This document shows positions 1 through 12,705 of a stretch of 64,000 nucleotides of DNA, in pieces; within the stretch, counting starts at the first letter, position 1, and each line of letters begins with the position of its first letter. Where the stretch lies: positions 11,584,873-11,648,872 of the forward strand of contig MU053881.1 in NCBI GenBank assembly GCA_013239625.1. The letters run 5' to 3'. The notes under the pieces were generated by a model. It was not told the origin of the DNA, did no database searches, and saw only the letters and a list, made by a program, of their open reading frames with translations. A program made the position numbers and the translations under genes. The stretch comes from Lama guanicoe (taxonomy: Eukaryota).

Positions 1-1589
1 GTAATTATTTATTTGAACACAATAATAAAGTAATTGAGGAACAGCCATATAAAAACCCTTGCTCTTGAGAGAAAGCAAATAAAGGCTGGACAAAACCAGT
101 CACCATATTTTCTAATTATCTAACAGTGGTCCACTGCTTATTATAATACGGCTCATGAGTATTCAAGAGACTTCAAAATGTGGAGCCAAAAGCATGTGTT
201 ATAGAATGGTCCTTTCATGCCTTTGATGTACAAAGCAAATCAGCCTGAAATCATCAGAGAATTGCCATGACAGGGGTTGGACAAATCTCAGTATGATCAA
301 AGCATTCCAAGTCAACGACATTTGAAAGGAAATTAAAGCTTTCTCCACTGAGATTTAGCCATCTTCTAAACAGAATAAATGCAAGAACGCGAAGATGGAT
401 GGATATGTTAAGTACAGCTAGCATTCCTCCAAACCATCACAATGGTGCTTCATTTATTAAAACACCGTGCACCATGTCTATTTGCATATTATTAAACTGT
501 GGAAAAACTTACATTGCTATTTTTCAGTCTTCATAATATAGTCCACAATGAGAAGTGACCCACTGAAAATGCTATTTCATTTGTTTGTCATATTCCAGAT
601 AAGGGATTATTATGCAATTTTAAGGACAGTTATTGAGAATTGATCTTTTCTTTTTACTGATGCAAAAAGTCTGATAGCCAACTAATGTAAGTCTCTAATA
701 AGAACAGCTATAATGAAATTTAATACCTTAACATGTTTGAATGATTCATATGACAGTTATTACTTATCTGGGAGGATAACCAAAGTGTTAAAATACATCA
801 TTAGCCTTGACATGATCAAAGGTTAAAAGAACAGATTGTAAATTCAAAGCTTGCATTTGCTTTGCAAAGCACAACTTTAAGTACTGTATTCTCTGATATT
901 CTGAAACATCATTCACTGAGAAAAACTAAACATTGAAATAGTCTTAGCATAGAACCATAGTGATTGTTCTAGAAGTGTTAAATGATACAAGGAGTATTAA
1001 ATAAAATGGTTCTGAGAACTATTTGATTTTACATATTCAGGAATTATTATGTAATGTAATAAGCTTGCTCTGATTTAGTTTTGCAGATGGTCATTCACTG
1101 AATGAAGTAGATTTTATATAAAGCACATATAGGAGAAAATGGTTTTGACATATTTAAGTAGTTCTGTGCCTCTTAGAGTACAGTTAAACAGTCACATGCA
1201 TTTATACTGTTAAATGTATTGTTCATGATTCACTAAGAAAAACATTATGGGCATTCTAAAATGAACAACGCACAGTCCACACCTCAAGGAGATTGTATTA
1301 GGTTGGGAAAATGGGCATATAATCAGAGTCCCATAGTATGACATAGCAGAAGGCCCTACAGAATTATTCGGCATGGTATATTCTTATTTAGAAGTGTGAG
1401 GCATAACAGGAGAAAAATAGTGATCAGTACCAAAAATACGTGAGGTCTCCCCATGCGTCAGCTACTTTTATTATAAAACATCACGACAGTTAAAAACACA
1501 TGCACACCACACACAAATGGTGATGAAGCATGGTAAAAGCTTTGCAGATCACAGTATGGTTTATAGAAGGTAGGATGACATTATTGTTA

Positions 1590-1790
1590 ATGTCCCAAAA
1601 TTCAAAAGTCTGCTTTCTTGATTTAAATCTCGTCTTTGCCACTTACTGTGGAAACTCGGAAAATAAAGACAACAATCCTCAACTTATGAAGCTGTTGTGA
1701 GGCCCTCATGAGATGATGTATACAGAACCTGATAAACATTGTCTCCAATGAACATTTGCCATTAATGTTAATATTGTTATTATTGCTACT
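1590..1790 (+). mobile_element. MIR SINE, degraded
   Basis: tttaaatctcgtctttgccacttactgtg...gctgttgtgaggccctcatgagatgatgtatac...aatgaacatttgccatt resembles the MIR core and 3' end. Confidence 0.65.
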
Positions 1791-4700
1791 ATTCTATTTT
1801 CAGGTCAATAAATTTTATTGTTATGTTTCCTCACTAATTTTAGATTTGGACATTGATATGCAATATTTTCTAAAGAAGTATTAGCCTGTTATATCTAATG
1901 GGTCAAGCAAAGTGACAATGGAGCATGAGCTGGAGACCAGATCTCTAGACAGAAACCCCTTACTCTAAGGTTGAACGCCCTCATGAGTAAAGCAGAGAGA
2001 AACGTATAAGCATTAGTGCCTTCACACTACTTACTCTTTCAGTGATAGCCAATCATTTGGATGTTATGTTTTTGTCCCTCTGCTAAATATACTTCGAAAA
2101 CTGTGCTTCATAGGCCATAGGAATTTCTTGGCTATTTGCTGCATCAAATTATTCACTTTGTGTAGAAAAGGGTAAACTAAATTTTCTCTATAAGAGCACA
2201 GAATTACAAAATTTCAACCATGATTTCTGAAAGATTATTTTCATATTTATATCACAACAGGAGGAGGGAATGAAGGCACAGTATTTTATATTTCACTCAC
2301 TTATATCTTCTCAAGTCATGAGAAATTTTTCATTAATGTTACTTGTAATACATTTATTTAAAAGTAAAGGAGAAGAATCACAATGTGAGGAAATATGCTC
2401 TGTAGATAGTTTCTTGTTAACTATCTCGGGCATAAGGAAGGTGTCAGGTTGCCTTGTCCTAAGGAACCAATATCCAGATCATGCCAACACAACCTGACGT
2501 TAGAGGAGCTTTGCTGTGAATGTGACACTTCAGATGAAGGGGGACGTGATGGTGAACCAAAATCACTAGCATTTGAACTTTCAAAACATTTTGATTAACA
2601 GATGTGGGGATACTTTTGTGATAAATGATTTTCATTAATGTTTAGAAAATAAAAAGAAGTTTGTTTAAATATATATTGAGGAGTATCTATCTTTTGAGAA
2701 TCTATTTTAATCACATACCTTATGGAAAAAAAACATTAATTTAGTACTTATCAAGGAGAAGGTAGTTTCTCTTCAGTCAATAATAGTTATAAAAAAATAG
2801 TATAGCTACAATATATTAGTATTAGATCTAATGATTTTAAAAATTAGTTACAATGTTGATATGCACAGCAAATGAAATATGGGCTTTTATTTTTTAATTG
2901 GCAGTTCAAACAATACAATAAGCTTCCTGAATCGTACATGAATCATAGCTACAAGCTTGGCCAAAAACTGCACAGTGTTTTATCGTGCTAAACTTTTTTT
3001 TTCAATCTCTTATTCTAGGAGTTTACAATATAAGCACATTCAGGAAGTGAAATAAAGGATGTGTAGAAAATACTGCTTAAAGCAAATTCTCTGAAGTAGA
3101 TGATTTTTTTATTAAAATAAATATTAGCTAAGGAATGCATTATTCTTTCTTGCCAGCCAATTCAAATTCTTTCAAAGTCATTACTCACAATTTTATCAGT
3201 TTGGAATAATACAGCCAATTATGATTATGTAATAAATAATATAAAAGGTACACCTGGCTATTTGGTTAGATCATAATTTAGCAATTAGATGCATCACCAA
3301 ATACATGTGATTAAAACTGTTGAAAAATGTTAAGAAAAATGCCTCTGGACTAAACATGCACTCATGTCATCCTCTGGTTCAAGCATATTCGTATCTGTTT
3401 CCAAGAAATGAAGTTGATATCCTTTAAATATTCATCTATTGGCTAAAAATATTATTTCTTATCCAATTTGGAGTAGTAGCACTCCTTTCTGGTAGCTTTA
3501 GATTTTTATCTTACAGCATCCATTCTTAATATACTTCACCTTTTTCTTCTAAATAGTTGTCCCTAATGTTGAATGCAGATGTTTTGCATCTTATGATGTG
3601 TGCTTCTGCATAACATACATTCACATAGAATGCTAAAAATAAATGTTTGCACTTTACATTCTTTGTAAATAAATGAACTGTTTATGCTGCTTTAAGAACA
3701 TATTTATTCTGAACTAATTTTATCAACTTTAATTTCACCTGTTTGTAAGTGTCTCTGTAATTCGAGTGTTACTTAAAAATAATTGCAACTCCTTACTAAA
3801 CTGTAAAATTCTTAAAGCAGGACCCATAACTGATACCCTATTGGCACAGTGCTTATAGATATTATATATTATATAAAAGCTGCCGGCTAGGGTGCACCGG
3901 AAGGTAACAATGCTACCTTACAATTGGATTGTGTTGCAAAAGTATGTATGCGATTATCTGTCTGGAGAAGGGTTCTAGCGTTACTTAGCTCCTCAGATCA
4001 ACACTCCGTTACCAAATATTAAGTGCCTGACCCTGCATGCTACTTACTATATTCTGGTGCATCACACTGTTCTATGAGGAAATGTGTTCCAAGATTCATC
4101 TTGGAATACCTGTGATCCACTTGGCCACCCTGCACAAGTATCGTTCTGTTTAACCTTCATTACCAGTTGGGTAAGAAAGAATACGAATTTAGTGGTCTCT
4201 TTAATTCTGGAGTGGAGTATTTTAGAGGACTGCTGCTGAATTAAGTTAGGTGACAGTTATGACATGGTGAGGCATGACGGGGAAAGGAACAAATCTCAAA
4301 AGACTGGAAATAAAAATTGATAAGGCAACTGAATTTTAAGTACCAACCATAACAATCACAATTTATAATGTATAGAAAAGCCACCTAAATATAAAACATA
4401 GATGAAAGACATTCTTGTAAGAAGATTTTATAATTTGCTTCTGTAATCTTATACTTTTATTTTTTAATATATTTTAATATTTTCCTTTATATTTCTGACA
4501 ATCACATTGTATCAGCCTTTATAGCTGTAGTTTTGGTAATTCCAGAAATCTTGATTTACATAATCCTTAGTTAATAGTATTTGGATTCATAGGAGAAATG
4601 TCTCCAAATAATAAAACTATTTTTTAATTTTTAATGTGACAAAAATTAAATGCCACACTTCAAAGTGATGAACAGAAAGAATTTTATTTAGAAAAAAGAA

Positions 4701-5249
4701 GAGATATGATAAACCTTGCTTATGTGTCTGAAAGACTTTTTTTAATATGAATAAGCATTTTAAAAACCTGGAAGATGTTAAGTGTTAGCTGTAATTGTAA
4801 TGGATATTCAGGATTTGGGAAATTATTTATAAATATTTAGAACTAAACTGAAGTTCTTAATTTGTATTTTAACCATTTAGGTATATTTGAGATATCTAAC
4901 AAAAGTCTAATTTTCCTCCCTCCTCTTGGCCTCAGACAATCCTCTTTTTATAGAATTGCTTTTCTCTGGAGATTTGCTACAATTAAAATGCTATTTTTGA
5001 TTAATTTCCCCAGAGACGAAGTATAATCAATGTATGGGAACTTACTTTAGGTGGTTGTTGACTGACCACATTTCAAATGTGGTCCCCAATGGAAAGAAGG
5101 TGCCTCTCATTCTACGAAGTTTACATTTTCATATGTACAATACACTTACCACAGAGAGTTTAGAATAGACCAAGAAACAGCTGTGGCACTGAGTCACCAG
5201 CATTTTGATATTCATATCCCATGAAAAGAAGCACTGAATTAACAATGGC

Positions 5250-5810
5250 GTAGAAAATTGCTGGGCACCTGCCCCAGCCCAGTTACAGCTGTTAGGAAAT
5301 TCCTCCTCCTCCCCTTCACCTCTACCCATTTGCACCATATGAGGGCATCTCCCTGGCCAAAACCAACATAGCAGAGTAGATACCTCACCCATAGTGGACC
5401 AATCAAATCTTCTTTAAATGTATTTTCAAGTTAGGTCACTGGGGTACAAGTCACTTTGTTGGTAGTGTTAACAACAACAAAATTCCTGTTCTGAACAAAC
5501 TATTTAACAAACTATTTTATGCAAGAAAAAAAAAACCCAAAAAATCAAAACACACAAACAAAAAATTAGAATACGCTACTCTATGATGAAGGAAACAAAC
5601 AAACAAAATCAGGCAGAGAGAGAGCAAGCCGGAGAGCTGGAGTATGCCAAGATTTCTAATGACTCCTGTTCCTGGTCCCAATCCTTTCAGTCTAAACTAC
5701 AGTTATATTTGGGTACAGAGAAATATTCCTCATACATAAAACAAGTTAGTTTTATTAACATTAACCAACTGGGCTGTGTCAAATCCGTCCTTTGTCATAA
5801 TGCCATCAAT
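5250..5810 (+). mobile_element. Old ERVL-class solo LTR remnant (LTR33/LTR16-like)
   Basis: agatacctcacccatagtggaccaatcaaatcttc and gagagagagc...ttcctggtcccaatcc blocks resemble LTR33-type LTRs; ends are degraded. Confidence 0.45.
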
Positions 5811-7479
5811 TTTTAATATAATTCTAGTGTTTTTTCAATTATCTGTTATGCCACTGAGGTAAATGCACAATATAAAAAAAAAAACATGTGGGTTTAAGGG
5901 TTGCTCATAGAACCAATGTCTATGAAGCACGCCTTAAAGAACTTACTTGAACACTGCTTAAATGATAAAATTATGATAGGCTTTCTATTATTTCTAAGCC
6001 AGTTTTTAACTATGAGACCTTTCAAAGTAATGTATATGGAGACATACATGATCAGAATTTATTAGCTGAGTTCTGGAATGATACAGCTGCATGAGAGTCA
6101 TAAAATATGTGTTAAATATTGACAGCGTTATTAACTTTTACTTTCTAACCAACAAAACATTTTAGGGAATTATTTGTAACTTTGTACAATTAAGAAATCT
6201 GCAATTCAGGCATTCTTTAAAAAAAAACAGAGTACAATTTCTTTTTTGACCTCCATTTTAAAAATATGGACAGCAATCTTTTTTTCATGACTTTTCATTT
6301 TCAATAAGGACCTTGAATCAAAATATTTCCTGCTGTTTGAAAGCACCTTTGTTTTTAACTGTTGTTGTTAACCAACTGCACTCATTTATCATGGATTCCT
6401 GTGTCTATCCCAAGTCAGGGTGCGTGTCAGCCCAGTGATTCACATGTTCATGCCAAGAACTTACATTTTATTCTTTGTATCAGATTATAATATAAACATA
6501 ATTATGTTTTGTCATTAGCCATGGGGGAAAATCAATAAATCCAGTGCAATCTGAACAGAAATAGAGTTTATCAACATGTAGACACTGTGTCTACTTTCAT
6601 GGATGAAATTACTCTAGCATTACCTCATTTAGAAATGTCCTTCTGGATGAATCTATTTCGTAAATTAAGGCAATTAGAAGCCAGGCTTGAGTAAGATTAC
6701 TTTGACCTCGTGATACTGGGCCTTCGATTTCTCTAATTTGAATGTGATGCATTTAAGGAAACAGTCATATTTTTCTAACTCTTTTAATTTAGTGTCTTTA
6801 ATTTTACATTATGGAAATTACATATGGCTGCAGTTATTAGAGGAGACAATTTAAAAGCTGAGATGGCCCACTTACCTGAATCCTTAGCACTTAAAACTTT
6901 TCTGCAAATAATAATATTGCCTTGCACATCCCAAAATAATTTTTCTTTTCAACTATTTTCACACCTATCATTTGTTTTTATTTCATATGTTCTTGAAAGA
7001 GAGATGGTTCACAGGGGATTACCTCTATTTCATTACAGGGAAGACTGATCTCCAGTGAGATTACATGATATTTGAAGGTCCCATATCTAGAGTCCTCTTT
7101 CAGTCCTCCACGTGAAAATCTCACTAGCTCCAAAGAATCAAAGCAAACTCAGTAGCGCAACCTTAGCCTGGAAAGTAACACTCAATGGAATTGTTGTGTC
7201 TCTACAGATGTTTCATGGATCCATCCGCTTCTCTCCATGTCTACGGCCCCCTGGATGTATGCTCTCCGTATTTCAACTGGCTCAAAGTCAGTCTTCCTTC
7301 TTCATTCATGAGTTTTAAAACAAAGAGCTTTTTATATGTAGATCACATGCCAAAACCCTCCTTAATAAAAACTAAGTGATGGTAATACAATTAGTCAAAT
7401 GCATAGCCTGGACAAAAACCCATCTCTTCTGACTTAGATTCCTGAATGAAAATGTCAACTCCCGGAAGGTAGATACTAT

Positions 7480-8028
7480 TGTTAGGCAGTTAGGTAAGTG
7501 GGAGCACCAGGCAGATAGGACGAGGAGAGGAAGGATGGTCCGGAAGATGGCATTATGCCCACCTCCAGCATAAAGAGACTTCTAAATGAGTGCCAGCAAG
7601 AAACTAGTTAAAACCCGACAGCCAGGACTGCGTGGTAGCAGAAAGGACTTAATCGGACATAACCCAGTGCTCATTGTATCATAATTAATATTGCAGGTTA
7701 GGCCCCCACCCATGGGTTTTTTTGTATACACCATCAGTAAGGACATGTGCAAAGGGGCCAAACATAACTAAGCATCCAGGGACAAGAGCCATCAGTCAAT
7801 CAAGAGACCACCTCTAAGCCAGGGTGTAAGAGAAAGGAGAGACAAAAAAACACGCTGCTTTTCCTCCCTTGGATCAGCCCGCCTCCTGTTCTTGGAGGTG
7901 TAATGTACTTTTCCTTTTCTAAATAAATCTTTTTAAAAATCTTTCGCTACACAATGCACCTGTCTCCCGATTGTAAACTTGCCTTTCAGGTATCACAAGA
8001 ACTGGAGTCTTTACCTTTTGGGGTAACA
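7480..8028 (+). mobile_element. ERV1-class solo LTR, copy A, inserted in an L2 3' end
   Basis: TGTTA...TAACA termini; 4-bp flanks ctat/ttat (one mismatch); AATAAA at 7922; colinear with 32658-33222; flanking sequences rejoin into an L2 3' end. Confidence 0.9.
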
Positions 8029-9037
8029 TTATGGTGCATGACTGCAGTATTCAGAAAGTGTCTTGAGCATAATAGCAGCATCATAAATACTTTAAGCACC
8101 ATCATAAACCCTTGATTAAATCAAGGTCAAGATTGAGACAAGCATTTTATTAAATTATCAATACCTTGCCCCAGTGAAACTGTGGTTCTTATGAGATCAG
8201 CAGATATTAAAATATCTACCGGCTACGTGCTGAGTCACTTTCCAAAGAGGTACAGTTTTAAACTTGCAGTCAGAGGGGCAGTGTCTTAATGCACTTTCTA
8301 TTTGTATTGCTTCCTGGTGTATTTAGGCAAACCTCTTTAAGCAGAGATGCTGCGAATATATAGAAGTAAAGCAGGCTTTTAGCTTTAACCTTACTTAATT
8401 GATGTTCTAAGGCCAAAAAACCCCTTCAGCAATAAGGGTCCTCAGCTAGATAAACCACTGTGTCATAGAAGGCCCCCAGACTGCGCTCCTTCTGATCTTT
8501 CTCCATCACAGCCAGCTGCTGCCAGGCAGTTCAAGAAGACAGTGCTTAAAAGGACTTGCAAGTTTGACAAAAAAAAAGTTGGAGAAATTGATTGGTATTT
8601 AGAGTTTAGCGGTCTCCTATGGGTATTCCTGGGTTTCTGTGACTGATTTTGATGAAGTGCTTTTATTTGTCTCTCTACCCAGAGACTGCAGATGAATTTG
8701 CAATAGAGCAGCATGCCTCCTGTTTAGCTTTGTCAGGCACCACTTAGACATGTTATAATTTATTTTCCAGGAAAAATATTTCTCATGAGGGCTTCTGGCT
8801 AACACAGTTATAAAGCAGCTGGCTACCATTCAGCCTGTTGTCTGCTGGCAGCTGGGCTTCCCTGTACAGGCTGAAAAGAAACACAACGGAGAGGAGAGCT
8901 GTGGAAGATGGGGGCCAGGGCCAAACGCCCTTCTTATGCAGGCCTGAGTCTCCTCTTCCTGGAGAGGTGGTTAACAACTTCGCAAGCATCCTATTAAGTC
9001 TGGCAAGGAGTGTTGTTATTTCTTATGTGCGTGCGTG

Positions 9038-9038
<1 letters not shown>

Positions 9039-9072
<34 letters not shown>
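9039..9072. repeat. (TG)17 microsatellite
   Basis: Direct reading. Confidence 0.98.
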
Positions 9073-9074
<2 letters not shown>

Positions 9075-10093
9075 TCTATGTGGTTGTACAGCGGAGTCAT
9101 TTCTTAAACAGGCATTGGCTTGTTTCACTCATTATGCAGACTCAAAATTGTCCTTGAAAATTCATTAAATCACCCAGCTAACTTTTTTCAAACATAGAAC
9201 ATTCCAGATAGAGCTTCAGATAATTACTTCGCTTATTTTAGAGGAACATTTTAAAAATCTTTAACACTGAATTCACACACTTTGTGAGGATTATGAGAGG
9301 TACAGAGGAACTGAGATTAACTGATGTTAATGTTCCTTGATAAACCCTCACTCTGAGGCATGCATTGCCTCAGTGAAATAGCAAAATTGCCAAAGTATTT
9401 AATTTCTTTTTCTTTTTGACAAATGTATATACCATGTATCATCAAGTCTCAGACATTGTCAAATATGATACAATGTTTCTCATATATCACTGAGAAAAAA
9501 TTCTGTCAAGTAAATAATATCATATTTTTATCATGTTGAATTAGTTATTTTTAATTGAAAGAACTCTTAATAGATTTATCTACACTTGGACTTTTTATCA
9601 TAGTATTCTTATACATAAAAAAGAAAATTTAAGGTAAATAATTATTTTAAGAAATTCTTAAAACTTCTTCACCACAGGGTATCCAATTGTTTTGAATTAT
9701 TCTCCAACTTTGAGTCATCAGTGCCTGAGTTTTCTTGCAAGGTCTTCTCCTCCATACCACCAAATTCACTGGTAATAAAATATTTCTTAATAAAGCTTCC
9801 CCATTCCCCACCAGTTTTGTCTTCAGGACTTTTTTTTTTTCTCAAATTTGCTGACATCCATTTCGCAAATTTGAAGCTTCTGTTTTCTTATTTGTATCTG
9901 AAAGTGTCCATAGAAAGTTCTCAGGCAACAAGTAGGTCTCTTATTCTTTCTTCATTTGATCTTCAAATGATTTATTCACAAAAACATCAACACTGATGGG
10001 CTACAGCTGCACAGCCATGCCTCCAGGAAAAACAAAGTCCATGAATGCACAGGCAATGAAAATTATATTCTGATTTTAAGATATCATTGACTG

Positions 10094-10567
10094 TGATGGG
10101 GCTCAGGGCAGGCTGCCCCCAAATGTGCCAAAGTGGCATATGGATTATTTTGAATTGAAGTTACTTAAGAAACAGCTGGTGCAAGAAGGATGCTCTGACC
10201 CTCCTCTCTGTCCCCCTGAAAGCAGGAAATAAATCTCCCAGGTACCCTTCCTGTCCCAGGAGACAGAGAGGCACCCTTATGACCAGAGAGAGAGTTCAAG
10301 GTAGAGAGGGCTGTGTAAACAATCTTTGCTTAGTTTCTTCACTAATTGATACCGAAGCCTAAGTTTCTCCGTCTTTTCAGTTGTTTACAAATTTAGTGTT
10401 TCTTTGTCTAAAAGGTCTATTAAGAGCCTGCTTTGGTTGCTTCTTGGTTTCTTTATCTATAAGACCTCTGTATATATGAAAATTTTTTCCTGTTAATCTG
10501 TCTTGTGTAATTATTTAACTAGCCAAAAGAACCAAGAAGGGTAAGGGAAAGTTTTCTCTCCCTAAAA
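10094..10567 (+). mobile_element. ERV1 solo LTR, MER34/MER39/MER31 group
   Basis: Starts tgatggggctcagggcaggctgcccccaaatgtgcc...ggcatatggattattttgaattgaag; ends ttttcctgttaatctgtctt...gaaccaagaagggtaagggaaagttttctctcccta, typical of this group. Confidence 0.8.
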
Positions 10568-10739
10568 ATTGTAGGACATATCCATATTTCCAAGATGTTA
10601 AAATATGGAAAATGTGCATCTTAGATTTGAAAAACATATAGAGGATGAATAGGCTGTGTGCATTTGGCAATTCCACTGTGGGATACAAATGTGGAGGGAT
10701 CAAGAGGAAATACACCTACACTAGTCTGGGGTTGATTAC

Positions 10740-10845
10740 AGGGACCTAAAAACATGGGCAATTCAACTAGGAAGTGAGGCCAGGGCATCAATATTTTTAA
10801 TAAGCAGCCCAGAATTCTGTTGTAGCCAGGTCAGGGGAGCACTTT
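10740..10845. mobile_element. MER5-type hAT-Charlie MITE fragment
   Basis: gtgaggccagggcatcaatatttttaataagcagcccag...ttctgttgtagccagg. Confidence 0.5.
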
Positions 10846-10902
10846 CATGGAAAGCCTGGGGATCCACTGGCTGTGTCTTACTGGCCATTACACATTTTAC
10901 AT

Positions 10903-11030
10903 AGAATGATCAGATATCCAGGTTTTCCTGGGACAGTCCTGGTCTATGCCTCTTGACCTATCTTGATTGTTATTAGCATACCCTTTCATTATTAAAAGTG
11001 TCCAATTTGGGGGTATTTTACCAGACCGTA
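10903..11030 (+). mobile_element. MER94-like hAT MITE
   Basis: gatatccaggttttcctgggacagtcctggtctatgcct...ccctttcattattaaaagtgtccaatttgg. Confidence 0.75.
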
Positions 11031-11775
11031 ATTTTATGTGAGTGGGTAAAAGATGTATAATCACAACTAGAAGAAATTATGTGACCTTGATGTGAAACGT
11101 AAACAGGCCCTTTGTTTAAAGGCTATTGAAAACCCACTGGTGAGTTCACTCTCAGGCCACCTCGTAAGAGTCCATTGTTCTGCGAATTGGTCTTCAAGAA
11201 AGAGAAACAAACGAACAAAACCTCTAAAGAGAAATATGCTGCGCTTTGAGAAGTCTGTAAGGCCCTGACAGACAAGGATAATCTTTAACACAAGTGCTAA
11301 CTCTAGGATTACAACATTCGCTGAATGTATGGGATTTTTGATTTTGTACTTTTCTCTGTTCTCATGTTTACTGTTCAGAGGCTAAAATCACACCTCCAGA
11401 AGTGGCAGGTTGGTGTCAGACCGTATCTGTCATTACATTATGGCCAGTTCAGGGGGTTTTTTAGATGATATGTTGAGGTATCGCCTTTTGTATGGCATTC
11501 ATAATGAAATCTTCCAACTGAGCCTCTTCCCTGATCTCAGTTTAACATTAAAATGGCACAAGAGCAAACCTTCACCTCAAAGACAGCATCAGTCCATGCC
11601 ATGGAAATGAAGGAACAATTTTTAGTAAGAGTACGAACTCTACAGAGAAGAAGTGAGTTCTTTCCAACTGAATCAAAAGAGCTAAAGAGATGTAAGTTTC
11701 AGAATATGTGTGGGTCAGTTTGGAAGCACTAGCCTGGAAAATTACAGAATTTCTCTACTTGTGAATTATGTGATG

Positions 11776-11927
11776 GGGGGAGGGTATGGCTTAAGTAGTA
11801 GAGTGAGTGCTCAGCATGCATGAGGTCCTGGGTTCAATTCCCAGTACCTCTTCTAAAAAATAAATAAATAAACCTAATTACCTCCCCCTGCCAAAACAAA
11901 AACAAAGACAAAAACAAAAACTTTGCA
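11776..11927 (+). mobile_element. tRNA-derived camelid SINE (Vic-1 type)
   Basis: ggggagggtatggcttaagtagtagag (A box), ggttcaattcc (B box), aaataaataaacctaattacctccccc, A-rich tail; 15-bp TSD gtgaattatgtgatg at 11761-11775 and 11928-11942. Confidence 0.92.
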
Positions 11928-12344
11928 GTGAATTATGTGATGAAACAGAGTTTGTGAACAAATTATCATTTAATACTAGCAAATCCTTTAAACTGTATTA
12001 GACAATTCTTTTGTAAATACATGAAAGACATCTCTGCTTAGATAAGGGTGATAACTGTTTAAACCACACAATTTATTTGGCAACCCACATGATGTGCATT
12101 AGAGAATAAATAATAAAACAATTAAAGGGCTCTCATTCTGTGCCTGCCCCCTTTGGCTAACCTAGGACCGGCGGGTGAAAGTTATGAGTAAACAGATTTG
12201 GGACCAGTGTGATAATGAAATTTCTAGCACTGTAATTTCCCAGAGTTGTTAGAATAATTTTCCTGTTTGGAGGTGAGGTCCCCATTCTCCGGAGGAATCT
12301 GATCTAAAACAAAATTATTAAAACTGCATTGTGTGTACATCAGC

Positions 12345-12705
12345 CACTATGGACAATGCTGTGTCCCTCCAAATTCATATGTTGAAATCCTAACTCACAA
12401 AGATGATGGTATTCAGAGGTGGGACTCTAGAGAGGTGCTCAGGTCATGAAGGTGGAATCATTATGAATGTGATTATTGTTGCTACAGAAGAGACCGCACA
12501 GAGAGCCCTAGCTTCACCACCAAGTAAAGACAGTATAAAGGTGCCAGCTATCAACCAGGAAGAGGGTCCTCACCAGAAGGCGACCATGTTGGTGCCTTGG
12601 TCTTGGATTTCCCAGCTCCCAGAACTTGTGAGAAACAAATATCTGTTGTATACAAGCTACGTAGTCCGTGATATTTTGTTACAGTAGCCTGATAGGACTA
12701 AGACA
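12345..12705 (+). mobile_element. MLT1A-type MaLR solo LTR
   Basis: gtgtccctccaaattcatatgttgaaatcctaac...cagaacttgtgagaaacaaatatctgttgt...gatattttgttacagtagcc...gactaagaca. Confidence 0.9.

Noticed and set aside
5494..5517. 12-bp tandem duplication aacaaactattt x2 (similar short repeats near 40578 and 42898)
   Set aside because: Ordinary replication slippage; no array or spacer structure
11776..11850. tRNA gene
   Set aside because: The tRNA-like head continues into a SINE body and A-tail and is flanked by a TSD
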